Assembly: GCF_006345805.1 (NCBI RefSeq)
Contig: NW_021833985.1
Coordinates: forward strand, 1 to 52,052
DNA: 52,052 nt
Reading direction: 5' to 3'
Source: Octopus sinensis
Lineage: Eukaryota
Shown here: positions 50,399 through 52,052 of the stretch, piece by piece
Numbering within the stretch: position 1 is the stretch's first letter
Layout of the letters: every line of letters starts with the position of its first letter
Position numbers and translations under genes: made by a program
The notes under the pieces: model-generated
What the model saw: only the letters and a program-made list of their open reading frames with translations
Databases searched by the model: none
What the model was told of the DNA's origin: nothing

Positions 50399-50441
50399 GT
50401 TCGAATTCGCATAGGAGATAAGTTCTTGGAGATGGGGAGAG
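50399..50441 (+). CDS. Candidate internal exon (43 nt) VRIRIGDKFLEMGR
   Basis: gtatttttag| acceptor downstream of a (CT)n tract, GAG|gtacac donor, open frame. Confidence 0.25.
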
Positions 50442-50451
50442 GTACACACCT

Positions 50452-50489
<38 letters not shown>

Positions 50490-50829
50490 ACACGCTCACA
50501 CTTTCACATGTAATTATATACATTTCTGTATCTATGCATGTATACACATACATGTATACACACAAATATATATACATACATATAAAACATCTAGAAATAA
50601 TATATATATAAACAGTATGTATATAAATATTTATGTATATAGTTAGCCTAGATACGTTCGCTCCATAAAGACAAACTGTTTCAAGTGGTGCCCCTTTACG
50701 ACCTCACTGGTTATGGCTCTCATATAAATATATCATAAAAATCGACTATTAAATATGAAGTTCTAAGGCAAGATGCTAAATTATCATCTAAGACATTGAA
50801 TGAGAGATGATGAAAAAATGTTTTATGTT

Positions 50830-51146
50830 CATCAACCAAACACAATAGCATGCTTACACACACATGTATATACGCATATATATATACATACATGCATACG
50901 CACACACGCACATATGTATATACATGCGCCTACATATACTTACATGCATGCATACTCATATTATATATATCAATATCTATGTATCTATCTATGTGTATAT
51001 ATGTATACGTGTGCGTGTGTAAATGTGTTTGTACATGTATATCAATACAGCCTTATATATGTGTATATATATATATATATGCGTGTGTGTGTGTGTATAC
51101 ATATATATTTATATATATATATATATGTGTGTGTATATAGATATAA

Positions 51147-51179
<33 letters not shown>

Positions 51180-51275
51180 ATATACACGTATACGATGTAT
51201 GAAAGCGTATATTATATATGTAATACATATATATATATACATACGTAATATATATACATATACATATACATATAT

Positions 51276-51372
<97 letters not shown>

Positions 51373-51420
51373 TAATATATATAACATATATATAATATCT
51401 AATATATAATATATAACATA
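50830..51420. repeat. TA/CA-rich microsatellite block
   Basis: Direct inspection. Confidence 0.9.
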
Positions 51421-51509
51421 GGCGAGAACTGATATATCAGCTAGTTTGTGAACGTATACAGATTATGGTGTTTCATACACTAAAGTCAGTCCTATCTATA
51501 GCTCGCTGT

Positions 51510-51599
51510 TTGATAGCAGCAACAACAACAGCAGCAGCAGCAGCAATAACAATAGCACTAGTTGCAGCAGCAGCAACAGCAGCTGCAGTAGTAGTAGTA

Positions 51600-51651
<52 letters not shown>

Positions 51652-51655
51652 TATT

Positions 51656-51727
<72 letters not shown>

Positions 51728-51830
51728 AAGATAGTTAAGATGGCTGCTTTAGTAGTGATGGTGGTGGCGGTGGTTTGGGTTGTGGTGGTAGTGATGGTAT
51801 CTGTAGTTGTGGTGGTAATGGTGTTGGGTG
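51510..51830. repeat. (AGC)n/(AGT)n/(GGT)n compound repeat
   Basis: Direct inspection. Confidence 0.95.
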
Positions 51831-51839
51831 TAGTGGGGG

Positions 51840-51990
51840 AGTGTTTTTAGCGGGAAGTAGAAAAATTCGATCGATCTCGGTTCAAGCTTCCGTTTGATGT
51901 CGGTCGCCATTTTTGTTTGTGCGAACGGTTTAAAACACAACGAGATCTAAAACCGCTCTGACGGTTACATTACTTCGGCTGAAATTTGTT
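51840..51990 (-). promoter_or_regulatory. Promoter-like CpG-rich island with AAAATGGCG start/YY1-like motif
   Basis: About 15 CpGs in 150 bp; minus-strand CAAAAATGGCG and CGGAAG ETS motifs; ATCGAT; ORF begins MATDIKRKLEPRSIEFF but runs into repeats. Confidence 0.3.
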
Positions 51991-52052
51991 ACCGAACCAG
52001 CAAAAAGGTCATGTATAGATGTAAGAGCAAAGGTTACACTTTTTTTTAAAAG

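Overview
AT-rich eukaryotic DNA, almost certainly from a coleoid cephalopod (octopus-like): extreme (TA)n/(ATT)n/(GATA)n microsatellite load plus several tRNA-derived SINE families of the octopus type. The organism call is an inference from repeat content. Nearly all ORFs in the supplied track are microsatellite translations or transposon debris. Recognisable coding remnants are a young CR1-clade LINE 3' end (2.6-3.3 kb), a duplicated pogo/Tigger HTH (12.9-13.3 kb), a Gypsy integrase fragment (19 kb), six mariner remnants plus a long-TIR mariner derivative, a tandemly duplicated HERO/NeSL-type LINE end (25.5-26.1 kb) and two convergent Penelope-like (PLE) GIY-YIG remnants (27.3-28.0 kb +, 30.2-30.6 kb -). 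No host gene could be identified with confidence, but several short segments with good splice signals suggest one or more sparse, long-intron genes. The most striking signal is a set of type I hammerhead ribozyme motifs in PLE pseudo-LTRs: two spacerless fold-back palindromes (549-900 and 44327-44753) each carry outward-facing hammerheads, one hammerhead is attached to a PLE endonuclease remnant (29.5 kb), and a ~190-bp non-coding family carries a minimal variant-core hammerhead with stem II covariation. The 549-900 ribozymes also carry a sequence complementary to their own catalytic core. No rRNA, functional tRNA or CRISPR array was seen. All alignments were done by eye; repeat boundaries are approximate.
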